The notes under the pieces were generated by a model, which was given only the letters and a program-made list of their open reading frames with translations, was not told where the DNA came from and did no database searches. The position numbers and the translations under genes are program-made. Below are positions 14,131 through 27,590 of a stretch of 64,000 nucleotides of DNA, piece by piece. Within the stretch, counting starts at the first letter, position 1; each line of letters opens with the position of its first letter. Source of the DNA: the human T2T-CHM13v2.0 reference genome, Homo sapiens; assembly GCF_009914755.1 (NCBI RefSeq), contig NC_060937.1. The stretch is one strand, 5' to 3'.

Positions 14131-14142
14131 ATCATATAAATA

Positions 14143-14596
14143 TGTAGTGCCCCAAAATTAAAGCTCCAAAAAGTATCCATGCAAGATTCATAGAATCTGT
14201 GACTATTACTGGATACAAGAAAACAAATGATTAAGTTCAGGATGGTGAGAGAAACAAACTGGATTATCTAGGTGGGCCCTAAATCGAATGACACATACCT
14301 TGTAAGAGATAAGCAGAGGGAGATTTAAGAAAGAAACACAGAGGAAAAATTCATGTGAAGATGAAGGCAAAAATTGGAGTTATAAAGCCAGAAGTCAAGA
14401 TATACTAGGAGCCACCCAAAGCTGTAAGAGGCAAGGAAGGATTCTCCTCTAGACCTTTTGAGGATATACGGCCCTGATGATACCTTGATTTCAGGAAACT
14501 TCTGGACCCTAGAATTATGAAATAATAAACTTCTATTGTTTTAAGCCACCAAGTTTGTGATAATTTGTTATGGAAGCTCTAGAAAGATAATATAAT
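14143..14596 (+). mobile_element. MaLR LTR, MLT1C/D-like
   Basis: ctggattatctaggtgggccctaaat ... aataaacttctattgttttaagccaccaagtttgtgataatttgtta. Confidence 0.85.
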
Positions 14597-15979
14597 ACAG
14601 AGTATCTTTGTAGACACAAAAACATTTGCTGATAAAATTTAGCACCCATTCTTTACAAAAATGGGTGCTGAGAAGACTAGAGAAAAAGTCAACCTCCTTT
14701 TCATGAGTACCTAAGAAAAACCCTTGACCAAGCAACGTATTTAACAAAATACTGAAAGTGTTTTCAAGATTAGTGTTAGTATAAATTGCCTATTATAACA
14801 ATTCTCATCCAACATTTTTATCCTACATTAAATTAACTGTTCTAACCAGTGCAATAAGATAAAAAGTAAATGAGAATTGGAATGAAAGAAATAAATTATA
14901 AGCACTTGCTGTCAATATGATTGTGTATGTAGAAAGTCCAAAATAATCAACAGACATCTATTAAAATAGATAGATACATGATATAGCAAGGTCAATATAA
15001 AACAATCAATTGCAATTTTATTTAGCAGTAACTAACAGAATATTCAATTTAAAAATAAAACTGATAAAATCACTTTGCAAAGTTTTTTAACAGTGTTCAG
15101 TAAAGTTGAACAAATAATGTAAGATCTGGTAATTCCACTCTTAGCTATATGTGAAGAAGAAATGCATACATATATTTGCCAAAGATGCAGTAATTATCAT
15201 AGAAGCACTATTTTCAGTAGCCAAGAACTAGAAGTAAACTAAATTTCCATTATTATTTTAAAATGATAGTTAATTTATAAAATAGGCTATCTGAAAGTAA
15301 TCATAAATAATGATCTACTGTTACTTATAAAAATAAGTATAATGTATAGGAAAAGGAGTTCCACATCAAGCAGTGAATATTGTTTGATTTCATTCATAAT
15401 ATGTCCCAATGCAGGCACAAGTAATTTACAGTGATGAAAAACAGGATAATGACTGCCTTGGGGTTGAGCAGAGAACAGGTGGGGACATCAGAAAGCTTCT
15501 GAGTTGCTGATAATACTCTTGATTTGTGTGTTGTTTAAATGGACTTTCACTATGTGAAACTCCTGTATCATAAAGTAATTACAGCATACGATATTATGTG
15601 ATCAATAAGAGCATAAATTAATTCTACAACCACTAAAAATATATCACAAGAATTTAGGAAGTACAATAGACTAAGGGGAAGCTTTATGTTTGTTCACATT
15701 GTGCTACCACCTTGGGGTGTGGGCTGAGAGACTGGGGTAATAAAAAACCATACAAGCACAGAGAGAATGTGTGTCTCTAGATAGAGCTGAGGTGGTTCAT
15801 AGGACCACAAGATTAAAGGTCTTGGTGGCCTGTGACAGCACATTATAGAACTTCCACATAGCCTTGGTGGGGAAGAATAGTGGGAACAGCATGATTCTCT
15901 TATTCTGAAAAATCATAACCTTAAGAAAACATATTCGTTGTTACACAAGTGTATCAAATGCAATCAAGTCATTGTATTT

Positions 15980-16087
15980 CAGTCAGGTAATGATTTTGTT
16001 AATTAGCTAGTCTTCACCACTCCACATACTTTAAAACATCATGTTGTGCATAATAAATATATAAGATTTTATCTGTCAATTAAAAAA
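15980..16087 (+). mobile_element. L1MA 3' terminal fragment
   Basis: aaaacatcatgttgtgcataataaatatataa..tttatctgtcaattaaaaaa. Confidence 0.7.
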
Positions 16088-16217
16088 TTGTCTAAACTTG
16101 TATTGTCAACAACCAGAAATTCCATAAACACCATGAGGAATTAGTGTCTGTCTTGTCGACTATTTTAAATCTAGAGTCTGGCTTGGAGCCTTGAATCAAG
16201 TAGAGAGCAGATCCCAC

Positions 16218-16631
16218 TGATTTTCTGCTCCATATCTTATTGACCCACCTAAGTTTGTCTAGAACTAATGGCTACTCATAACAAGGGCATCTGGGTGTTT
16301 TTCGTCTCTGCCTAAGAACTTTCTCTAGTAGAGAGTGCTTGCTGGGATAAACACAGGCATACTCAAGAGGCAGAAAAAGGTGACACCTCTGAGGCGACCC
16401 TCACTTATGGAATGGATAAGTTAGGCTCATTCTAAGACATATTTTACATGTTATCTCTGAGAGTCACTAATTAATAGAGCCTCAATTTTCCTCATTGGAA
16501 AATGGATCATTACCATACACCTTACAGTTTAGCTTACTTTTACTAATTCATTATTTATATGTCTCAAGATCTCAAATAAACTATCTTAAGTCTTGTCTCA
16601 GAAAATACTTTAAGAAGTGATCCAACTAAGG
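16218..16631 (+). mobile_element. ERVL LTR16-like solo LTR
   Basis: Degenerate match: acacctctgaggcgaccctca ... caaataaacta..cttgtctcag..ccaactaag. Confidence 0.55.
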
Positions 16632-17149
16632 TAGTAGATATGATGGCATTCAAACAGAGAAACTCATTGCTATCATCCCACTTCTGATGCTATTATCATC
16701 ATAGTCCTTCTGATACTAGAAGCAAGCATCAGAGTACCAGTTATAAACAGGGAAACAAAGGAGAGAGGGATGTGTACAATAACATAAAATGGGTATTTAG
16801 ATAAGGCAAAATGAGACAGACTTCTTATATTGCCAATTGTGCTCAGGACTAAAGAAGAAATTTACAGTGAATAAAATGGAAAGATAAAGGAATGCATGAC
16901 AAAGAAAGTTGCTTTAAAGTTTGTTTTTAAGGGATCCTCCCTGTTTTAGTTGTGACAATTTTTTTGTGACATCTGTTTAAAATGTTTGCCAATAGAATGC
17001 TTAGTAATAATCAACGACTTTCCTTTTCTCTAGATTTGCTCTTTGTGTCTTTTTCCTGGAGGAATGAGAGAGGAGGAGAAAAGAGAAAAAAATCTTTACA
17101 TTTCAGCGGTTTTCTGAATCAGTACATTATAATACATTTGTAGCAGTAG

Positions 17150-17330
17150 ATGTTAGCTAATTGCATATTGAGGTTATTAGTTTTAACTTGGATAATTTTA
17201 ATTGTAATATTGCCATGGTAACGCTAGCAAAGGTGACATATTAACTTAATCATGATGGTTGGCATCCAAATATGAATATTTAATCTAGGCATAGCTATGA
17301 TTATGCAGGCTCCTAATTGCTCACAAAAAT
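17150..17330. promoter_or_regulatory. Candidate enhancer with an RFX X-box and POU/homeodomain motifs
   Basis: ATTGCCATGGTAAC at 17209-17222, TAATTGCAT at 17158-17166 and several TAAT cores, in non-repeat DNA. Confidence 0.4.
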
Positions 17331-19014
17331 TAGTTAGTTTGGTGGTTCCTTAAATCTGGCTGTGCAATCTGAAAATTACTTGGACTCCTTGAAAAAGTGA
17401 TAGTGAAGGGGGATGGGGGATTAATTTTACTAAATCAAAAATTATGTTCCTTAAAAAGACAAAAAATGTTAATGATTGTGAGGAGTTGCTTAATCCTATG
17501 TTGAAAAAGTGACTGTTTTTAATAATCATTTATCTTTTTTTCTTACCATTTAACTGGGAGACTGAAAAAAGTAAACTGCTAAACATAATTTTTTTGAAAA
17601 TCATCAACATATTTTACTGAAATATGACAATTTTACTGGTTTCAAAATGTGCTAAACTTACAAGCTGTTGTTTGTCTCTCACAGAAGAACAACAAAATTT
17701 TCCACATTTTAGTTAATTATTCTTGCATTTGGAGAAAACTGATTAAATGCTTAAAACAATTGATTCAATACATTTAAAATTTATAAACAAAATCTATTAA
17801 AATGTATAATGATATTTAATTCAGTGTTTGATTATCATATTCTAGTAAGTTGAAATTTAAAACATGGTACATTTTTATTGCTATTTTTATTACAGATAGA
17901 AGTTGAATGATACTCTGAGCAGTTAACTGCACAATATAATCTGGGAGAAATTTCAAAACCTGCTCCAATATCTGATAATTGGAATATATAATAGGTAAAG
18001 AAAAATATATAGATGTTGAAATATTCATATTCTTCTGCCATCTCTCTACCTCAAAAAAAAATCTAACAGAAAAACTAGATTCCAATCTTTTGTTGTAATG
18101 ATGTAACTGACTATGAATTTACTATCTAACTTATCAAATAATATATTATTTGTTTTATATATTCTTATTTTTCATTTTGTTTAAGGCATTAGACGAAATA
18201 TATTTCAGTTTTCTCTGAAATTTTCAATGTTTAGGTAGAAGGTAAATTAGTCATAAAATTTATCAAAACCATATTAAAACTAGAGTTGTCAAATTATCAA
18301 GACAAGAACAGAACAGGTTTAAATTTGTTGCTCTTTTATTTATTCTAGTCTTCAACGTTGCTTTTTTTCAAATTCTTTTCTTATTTGTTTTAATAATATA
18401 GGCCAACTTTAAAAATATTTTAAAAATTTTATTCTGATATCTAAAGAAATCAAATACTAAATATTTGAGATTACACCCATATCAAATTGTTTTCACTGTC
18501 ATTATCAGGCTTATTATACACAAATTTTCAATCCTGTGTTCTTATATGTTCTCAATTTTGAATTTTGCTCTCCAACCATTTTCTAGATTGGATTTATAAG
18601 TGTTTATTTCATAAAACTTTGTTTTGTTGAATTGTTTCAATTTTCAATACTTAACGTATTTGTGACTTTTTCAGAACTCACATAATGACAACTTACTGGG
18701 ATACAAACTAGGTCTAAAGTTTACTTTCAAACCTCCTCAGAAGCTGTTAAATTATTACATTATTCTTTATATAGAAGAAAAGGCTAAAACAAACCTGAAA
18801 TTAATGTACTTACTTTTAGATTTGCCTTTTTATGTTTGTTCTTAGGATTAGATTCAAATATATATATTTGAAATAAATCACAAAAATGTGTATCAATATA
18901 AATATCTTATTCTACTATGGAACTTGGTAAGAAATTTTATTCCTGGTATGTGGGATTTTTTTGGTTTTAGATTTGATATATTTTCTTCTATTATATCTGC
19001 ACTTTTTTAAATGA

Positions 19015-19190
19015 ACTACAGTGTGGAAGACTCAATGTTGTTAAATAGAAATAGTACAGACTTTTAACACCTAAACACAAATTATTAACCATATGAATTT
19101 GGACAACAATTTAACCTTCCTGAAGCTCAATGTGCTTGGAAGTTATGATATATAGGGATAATATACTTTAAGCAGTGCCTGACCTGGCAT
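19015..19190 (+). mobile_element. MIR fragment
   Basis: atgaatttggacaacaatttaaccttcctgaagctca resembles the MIR core. Confidence 0.55.
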
Positions 19191-20229
19191 GTGTGTGTAT
19201 GTTTGTGTATATATATGCATTATATATTATATACTTTGACACATGGCTGTATATATGCACTGTATGTGAATACATGACTGCTATATATAAGTGTACACGT
19301 AGATATACATAAAGTTATGTGTTACTTAAGGAGGATACATTCTGAGAGATTCATCTTTAGGTGATTTGGTCATTGTGTAAACATCATAGAGTATACTTAT
19401 CACAAAGCTGTTTGATACAGCCTACTACATCTCTAAGCTAGATGGTATAGCCTCTTGCTCCTAGACTACAAACCTGTATAGCATGTCACTGCACTGAATA
19501 CTGTAGGCATTTGTAACATGATGTAAGCATTTGTGTATCTGAGCATATCTATGCATACAAAGGTACAATAAAATTATAGTATAAAATCTTTTTTAAATGG
19601 CACACCTGTATAGGATGCTTACCATGAAGGGAGCTGGACTAGAAGTTGCTGTGAGTGAGTCAGTGAGTGAGTGGCGAGTGAATTTGAAGGCCCAGGACAT
19701 TACTGTCCAGTACTGTAGACTTAATTAACATTATACACTTAGGCTACACTCATTTTACTTAAAAATTATTTCATCAATGATAAATTAACCTTAGCTTACT
19801 GTAACATTTTTACTTTATAACTTTTTTATTTTTTTAATTTTGACTCTATTCTAATAACATTGCCTAAAACACAAACATTGTATAGCTGTACAAAATTTTT
19901 TAAAATTTCCTTATTTTATAAACTTTTTGTATTTTCAATTTTTTTTTCACTTTTAAAACTTTTCCTTTTCAAACTAAAACATAAACACATGTATTAGTCT
20001 AGGCCTATGCAGGGTCAGGATCATCAGTATCACTGCCTTCCACCTCCACGTCTTTTCCCACTGAAGGGTCTTCAGGGGCAATAACAAACATGGAGCTGTC
20101 ATCTACTATGATAACAATGCCTTCTTCTGGAACTCCTCCTAAAGAACCTGGACCCGCCTCAAGCTTCTCTTGAGAGGTATCAACTCTTTTTAGAAATATG
20201 TCTACGGTAGTTTGTTCAGTTTAATTTTT

Positions 20230-21040
20230 TTTATCATATATTTGCCTGCAAGTAGATAATACACCAGGAACATTCCTCTCTATTAGTGAAAACCTTTCAG
20301 AATTAAGACTCATGCTTTCAAATCTTTCAAGGAGCTCGTTGAGGTCTGTGAAAGCTTCTACTAAACCCTTCACTGTGAATTTTCTTTAGGGCTCTTATTT
20401 TTCTTCTCTTGCAATTTCATTTTTTCTTGACTTTTCTTCAGCTATTTGTTTCTATCCCAGTTCCACCAACTCCTCCTTAGTTAATTCCTCAGGAACCACG
20501 TTCAGAAGCTCCTTGATGTCATCCTCAGGCACACTCAAGTTGAAATTGTTTGCCATCTCAACTACAGCCTTGTTGATTTTTTGCAATCTCCTTATCTTTG
20601 GCAAATCCTTTGTACTCGTGGACAAACATCTTGAATGTCTTCTTCCGGATGCCATTAGTAAACTCCTTGGCGACATCACCCCAAGCACAAGTAAGTTTCC
20701 TGATGCAGTCATAGATGTTGTAGTCCTTTCAGAATTGCTTCAGTGTCTTCTTCCTCAGTGGCAGCAACAGTCTGAGAAAAGATCCTCCTGAGGTTGTAGG
20801 CCTTAAAACAGCAGCTACAACTCCTTGTTCCATAGGTTGGATCAAAGAGGTGATGTTTGTGGGGAGAACCACCACTTTGATATTGGAATGAAGCTCACCA
20901 ATAAAAGGAGGATGTATGGGAGCAACATCTACAATAAGCAAAATATTAAAAGGTAAATTTTACTCCAAACAGCACTTCTCAATTTGGTTGGCATAGCAAT
21001 TCAGGAGGGCATCTTGAAAGAGAAACCCAGTCATCCATGA
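20230..21040 (-). pseudogene. Tigger3 transposase remnant, C-terminal DDE half
   Basis: LIVDVAPIHP...NIKVVVLPTNITSLIQPMEQGVVAA matches the pogo/CENP-B DDE_1 motif LDNAPGHP..LPPNTTSLIQPMDQG. Frameshifted. Confidence 0.9.
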
Positions 21041-22406
21041 GTTCTTCTTTTTTAATTTTTTAAAATTATACTTTAAGTTCTAGGGTACATGTGCACAATG
21101 TGAAGGTTTGATACATAGGTACACATGTGTCATGTTGGTTTGCTCTACCCATCAACTCATCATTTACATTAGGTATTTCTCCTAAAGTTATATCTCTCCC
21201 AGCTCCCACCACTCCCTGACAAGCCCTGGTGTGTGATGTTCCCCGCCCTGTGTCCATGTGTTCTAGTTGTTCAATTCCCACCTATGAGTGAGAACACGTG
21301 GTGTTTGGTTTTCTGTCTTTGTGATAGTTTGCTGAGAATGATGGTTTCCAACTTCATCCATGTCCCTGCAAAGGGCATGAACTCATCTTTTTTAATGGCT
21401 GCATAGTATTCCATGGTGTATATGTGCCAAATTTTCTTAATCTAGTCTATCATTGATGGGCATTTAGGTTGGTTCCAAGTCTTTGCTATTGTGAATAGTG
21501 CCACAATAAACATACATGTGCATGTGTCTTTATAATAGCATGATTTATAATCCTTTGGGTATATACCCAGTAATGGAATTGCTGGGTCAAATGGTATTTC
21601 TTGTTCTAGATCCTTGAGGAACTGCCACACTGCCTTCCACAATGGTTGAACTAGTTTACACTCCCACCAACAGTGTAAAAGTGTTCCTATTTCTCCACAT
21701 CCCCTCCAGCATCTGTTGTTTCCTGACATTTTAATGATCACCCTTCTAACCGGCATGAGATGGTATCTCATTGTGGTTTGGATTTGCATTTCTCTGATGG
21801 CCAGTGATGATGAGCATTTTTCATGTGTCTGTTGGTTGCATAAATGTCTTCTTTTGAGAAGTGTCTGTTCATATCCTTTGCCCACTTTTTAATGGGGTTG
21901 TTTGTTTTTTTCTTGGAAATTTGTTTGAGTTCTTTGTAGATTCTGGATATTAGCCATTTATCAGATGGGTAGATTGCAAAAATTTTCTCCCATTCTGTAG
22001 GTTGCCTGTTCACTCTGATGGTAATTTCTTTTGCTGTGCAGAAGCTCTTTAGTTTAATTAGATCCCATTTGTCTATTTTAGCTTTTGTTGCCATTGCTTT
22101 TGGTGTTTTAGTCATGAAGTCCTTGCCCATGCCTATGTCCTCAATGGTATTGCCTAGGTTTTCTTCTAGGAATTTTATAGTTTTAGGTCTAACATTTAAG
22201 TCTTTAATCCATCTTGAATTAATTTTTGTATAGGATGTAAGGAAGGGTTCCAGTTTCAGCTTTCTACATATGGCTAGGCAGTTTTCCAACCACCATTTAT
22301 TAAATGGGGAATCCTTTCCCCATTTCTTGTTTTTGTCAGGTTTGGCAAAGATCAGATGGTTGTAAATGTGTGGTGTTATTTTTGAGGCCTCTGTTCTGTT
22401 CCATTG

Positions 22407-22602
<196 letters not shown>

Positions 22603-22605
22603 TCA

Positions 22606-22830
<225 letters not shown>

Positions 22831-24189
22831 CTAAGTTGAATTCCTAGGTATTTTTTCTCTTTGTAACTATTGTGAATGAGAGTTCACTCATGATTTGGCC
22901 CTCTGTTTGACTATTATTGGTACATGGGAATGCTTGTGATTTCTGCACATTGATTTTGTATCCTGAGACTTTGCTGAAGTTGTTTATCAGCTTAAGGTGA
23001 TTTTGGGCTGAGATGATGGGGTTTTCTAAATATACAATCATGTCATCTGCAAACAGGGACAATTTGACTTCCTCTTTTCCTAATTGAATACCCTTTATTT
23101 CTTTCTCTTGCTTGATTGCCCTGGCCAGAACTTCCAACACTATGTTGAATAGGACTGGTGAGAGAGGGCATCCCTCTCTTGTGCCAGTTTTGAAAGGGAA
23201 TGCTTCCAGTTTCTGCCCATTCAATATGATACTGGCTGTCGGTTTGTCATAAATAGCTCTTATTATTTTGAGATACATTCTATCAATACGTAGTTTATTG
23301 AGAGTTTTTAGCATGAAGAGCTGTTGAATTTTTTTCAAAGGCCTTTTCTGCATCTATTGAGATAATCATGTGGTTTTTGTCGTTGGTTTTGTTTATGTGA
23401 TGGATTACATTTATTGTCTTGCATATGTTGAACTGGCCTTGCATCCCACGGATGAAGCAGACTTGATCGTGGGGGATAAACTTTTTGATGTGCTGCTGGA
23501 TTCCGTTTGCTGGTATTTTATTGAGGATTTTTGCATCGATGTTCATCAGGGATATTGGTCTAAAATTCTTTTTTTGTTGTGTCTGTGCCAGGCTTTGATA
23601 TCAGGATGATGCTGGCCTCATAAAATGAGTTAGGGAGGATTCCCTCTTTTTCTATTGATTGGAATAGTTTTGGAAATAATGGTACCAGCTCCTCTTTGTA
23701 CCTCTGGTAGAATTTGGCTGTGAATCTGGCTGGTCCTGGACTTTTTTTGGTTGGTGGGCTATTAATTATTGCCTCAATTTCAGAGCCTGTTATTGGTCTA
23801 TTCAGAGATTCAACTTTTTCATGGTTTAGTCTTGGGAGGGTGTATGTGTCGAGGAATTTATCCATTTCTTCTAGATTTTCTACTTTATTTGCATAGAGGT
23901 ATTTATAGTATTCTCTGATGGCAGTTTGTATTTCTGTGGGATTGGTAGCGGTATCCCCTTTATCATTTATTATTGTGTCTATTTGATTCTTCTCTCTCTT
24001 CTTTATTAGACTGCTAGCAGTCTATCAACTGTGTTGATCTTTTCAAAAACTCAGCTCCTGGATTCATTGATTTTTTTGAAGGTTTTTTTTTTTTATATCT
24101 CTACCTCTTTCAGTTCCACTCTGCTCTTAGTTATTTCTTGCCTTCTGCTAGCTTTTGAATTTGTTTGCTTTTGCTTCTCTAGTTCTTTT

Positions 24190-24434
24190 TTTTTTTATTT
24201 GGTGTGTGTGAATATTTTTATTTTATTTTATTTTTTAATTTTTATTTTTAATTTTTATTATATTTTAAGTTTTAGGGTACATGTGCACAATGTGCAGGTT
24301 AGTTACATGTGTATACATGTGCCATGTTGGTGTGCTGCACCCATTAACTCGTCATTTAACATTAGGTATATCTCCTAATGCTATCCCTCCCCACTCTCCC
24401 CACCCCACAACAGACCGTGGTGCGTGATGTTCCC
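24190..24434 (-). mobile_element. 5'-truncated L1PA3/4-like 3' fragment nested in L1PA6 ORF2
   Basis: TSD cttctctagttctttt at 24174-24189 and 24435-24450, at a canonical TT/AAAA site. Confidence 0.9.
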
Positions 24435-25204
24435 CTTCTCTAGTTCTTTTAATTGTGATATTAGGTGTCGATTTTAGATCTTTCCTGTTTTCTCTTGTGG
24501 GCATTTAGTGCTATAAATTTCCCTCTACACACTGCTTTAAATGTGTCCCTGAAATTCTGGTATGTTTTGTCTTTGTTCTCATTGGTTTCAAAGAACATCT
24601 TTATTTCTGCCTTCATTTCGTTATGTACCCAGTAGTTATTCAGGAGCAGATTGTTGGGTTTCCGTGTAGTTGAGTGGTTTTGAGTGAGTTTCTTAATACT
24701 GAGTTCTAATTTGATTGCACTGTAGTCAGAGAGATAGTTTGTTGTGATTTCTGTTCTTTTACATTTTCTGAGGAGTGCTTTACTTCCAATATGTGGGCAA
24801 TTTTAGAATAAGTGAGATGTGGTGCTGAGAAGAATGTATATTCTGTTGATTTGGGGTGGAGAGTTCTGTAGGTGTCTATTAGGTCTGCTTGGTGCAGAGC
24901 TGAGTTCAAGTCCTGGATATCTTTGTTAACCTTCTGTCTCGGTGATCTGTCTAATATTGACAAGGGGATGTTAAAGTCTCTCATTATTAGAGAGACTATT
25001 GTGTGGGAGTCTAATTCTCTTTCTAGGTCTCTAAGGACTTGCTTTATGAATCTGGGTGCTCCTGTATTGGGTTCATATATAATTATGATAGTTAGCTCTT
25101 CTTGTTGAATTGATCCCTTTACAATTGTGTAACGGTCTTCTTTGTTTCTTTTGATCTTTGTCGGTTAAAGTTTGTTTTATCAGAGACTAGGATTGCAACC
25201 CCTG

Positions 25205-25205
<1 letters not shown>

Positions 25206-25241
<36 letters not shown>
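25206..25241. repeat. Poly(T)36 expansion inside the L1 ORF2 endonuclease region
   Basis: Pure T run that translates as poly-Lys in ORF 25180..25446. Confidence 0.95.
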
Positions 25242-25244
<3 letters not shown>

Positions 25245-25509
25245 TTCCATTTGCTTGGTAGGTCTTTCTCCATCCCTTTATTTTAAGCCTGTGTGAGTCT
25301 CTGCATGTGAGATCAGCCTCCTGAATACAGTATACTGATGGGTCTTGACTCTTTATCCAATTTTCCAGTCTGAGTCTTTTAATTGGAGCATTTAGCCCAT
25401 TTACATTTAAGCTTAATATTGTTATGTGTGAATTTGATCCTGTCATTATGATGTTAGCTGGTTATTTTGCCCATTAATTGATGCAGTTTGTTCATAGCAT
25501 CAATGGTCT

Positions 25510-26535
25510 CTACAATTTGGCATGTTTTTGCAGTGGCTGGTACCAGTTGATTTTTTCCATGTTTAGTGCTTCCTTCAGGAGCTCTTGTAAGGCAGGCCTG
25601 GTGGTGACAAAATCTCTCAGCATTTGCTTGTCTGTAAAGGATTTTATTTCTCCTTCACTTATGAAGCTTAGTTTGTCTGGATATGAAATTCTGGGTTGAA
25701 AATTATTTTCTTTAAGAATGTTGAATATTGGTGCCCACTCTCTTCTGGCTTGTAGGGTTTCTGCCGAGAGATCTGCTGTTAGTCTGATGGGCTTCCCTTT
25801 GTGGGTAACCTGACCTTTCTCTCTGGCTGCCCTTAACATTTTTTCCTTCATTTCAACCTTGGTGAATCTGACAATTATGTGTCTTGGGGTTGCTGTTCTC
25901 GAAGAGTATCTTTGTGGTGTTCTCTGTATTTCCTGGATTTGAATGTTTGCCTGCCTTGCTAGGTTGGGGAAGTTCTCCTGGATAATATCCTGAAGAGTGT
26001 TTTCCAACTTGGTTCCATTCTCACCATCACTTTCAGGTACACCTATCTAACGTAGATTTGGTCTTTTCACATAGTCCCATATATTTTGGAGGCTTTGTTT
26101 GTTTCTTTTTACTCTTTTTTCTCTACCCTTGTCTTCTCACTTTATTTCATTAATTTGATCTTCAATCACTGATACCCTTTCTTCCACTTGATTGAATCAG
26201 CTATTGAAACTTGTGCATGTGTCACGAAGTTCTCATGCCATGGTTTTCAGCTCCATCAGGTCATTTAAAGTCTTCTCTACACTGTTTATTCTAGTTAGCC
26301 ATTCATCTAACCTTTTTTCAAGGTTTTTACCTTCCTTGAGATGGGTTTGAATATGTTCCTTTAGCTCGGAGAAGTTTGTTATTACCGACCTTCTGAAGCC
26401 TACTTCTGTCAACTCATCAAAGTCGTTCTTCGTCCAGCTTTGTTCCATTGCTGGTAAGGAGCTGTGATCCTTTGGAGGAGAAGAGGTGCTCTGGTTTTTA
26501 GAATTTTCAGCTTTACTATTCTGGTTTCTCCCCAT
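25510..26535 (-). pseudogene. L1 ORF1, disrupted
   Basis: MGRNQNSKAENSKNQS.. and ..IIQENFPNLARQANIQIQEIQRTP..YQPLQKHAKL occur as separate pieces. Confidence 0.95.
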
Positions 26536-27152
26536 CTTTGTGGTTTTATCTACCTTTGGTCTTTGATGTTGGTGACCTACAGATGGGGTTTTGGGTAGAT
26601 GTCCTTTTTGTTGATGTTGTTGCTATTCCTTTCTGTTTGTTAGTTTTCCTTCTAACAGTCAGATTCCTCAGCTGCAGGTCTGTTGGAGTTTGCTGGAGGT
26701 CCACTCCAGACCCTGTTTGCCTGGGTATCACCAGTGGAGGCTGCAGAACAGCAAATATTGCAGAACAGCAAATATTGCAGAACAGCAAATATTGCTGCCT
26801 GATTCTTCCTCTGGAAGCTTCATCCCAGAGGGTCACCCACCTATATGAGGTGTCTTTCAGCCCCTACTGGGAGGTGTCTCCCAGTCAGGCTACATGGGGG
26901 TCAGGGACCCACTTAAGGAGGCAGTCTGTCCGTTCTCAGAGCTCAAAGGCTGTGCTGGGAGAACCACTGCTCTCTTCAGAGCTGTCAGACAGGGATGCTT
27001 AAGTCTGCAGAAGCTGTCTGCTGCCTTTTGTTCAGCTGTGCCCTGCCCACAGAGGTGGAGTCTATAGAGGCAGTAGGCATTGCTTAGCTGGCAGTGGGCT
27101 GTGCCCAGTTTGAGCTTCCTGGCCACTTTGTTTACCTACTCAAGCCTCAGCA

Positions 27153-27485
27153 ATGGCAGACGACCCTCCCCCAGCCAGGCTACCACCTTGCATTTCGATC
27201 TCAGTCTGCTGTGCTAGTAGTGAGCAAGGCTCCATGGGCTTGGGACCTGCTGAGCCAGGCAAAAGAGAGAATCTCCTGGTCTGCTGGTTGCTAAGACCTT
27301 GGGAAAAGTGCAGTAGTTGGTCAGGAGTGCCCCGTTTTCCCAGGTACAGTCTGTCACGGCTTCCCTTGGCTAGGAAAGGGAAATCCCCCGACCCCTTGCA
27401 CTTCCCGGGTGAGGCAACGCCCTGCCCTGCTTCAGCTCACCATCTGTGGGCCGCACCCACTGTCCAACCAGTCCCAGTGAGATGA
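27153..27485 (+). CDS. ORF0: L1 antisense ORF0 homologue, open for 110 aa; expression unknown
   Basis: MADDPPPARLPPCISISVCCASSEQGSMGLGPAEPG aligns with recalled ORF0 MAGAPPPASLPPCSLISDCCAS..VGPSEPG. Kozak context gcaATGG. Confidence 0.7.
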   Translation: MADDPPPARLPPCISISVCCASSEQGSMGLGPAEPGKRENLLVCWLLRPWEKCSSWSGVPRFPRYSLSRLPLARKGKSPDPLHFPGEATPCPASAHHLWAAPTVQPVPVR

Positions 27486-27570
27486 ACCAGGTACCTCAGT
27501 TGGAAATGCAGAAATCACCCGTCTTCTGCATCAATCACGCTCGGAGCTGCAGACTGGAGCTGTTCCTATT

Positions 27571-27581
27571 CGGCCATCTTG
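27571..27581 (-). promoter_or_regulatory. YY1 site of the L1 internal promoter
   Basis: CAAGATGGCCG at the L1 5' end. Confidence 0.8.
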
Positions 27582-27590
27582 GAACAGATC

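Larger units (their letters stand above)
12380..15610 (+). mobile_element. Ancient L1M ORF2 to 3' remnants, interrupted by AluJ and MLT1
   Basis: ORF 13287 contains EMDHFLETYKLPKVTQDE, an L1 ORF2 motif. atgattgtgtatgtagaaa corresponds to DMIVY. Confidence 0.75.

Noticed and set aside
17015-17035. Polypyrimidine tract plus AG as a splice acceptor
   Set aside because: No matching donor or reading frame, and such tracts are common.
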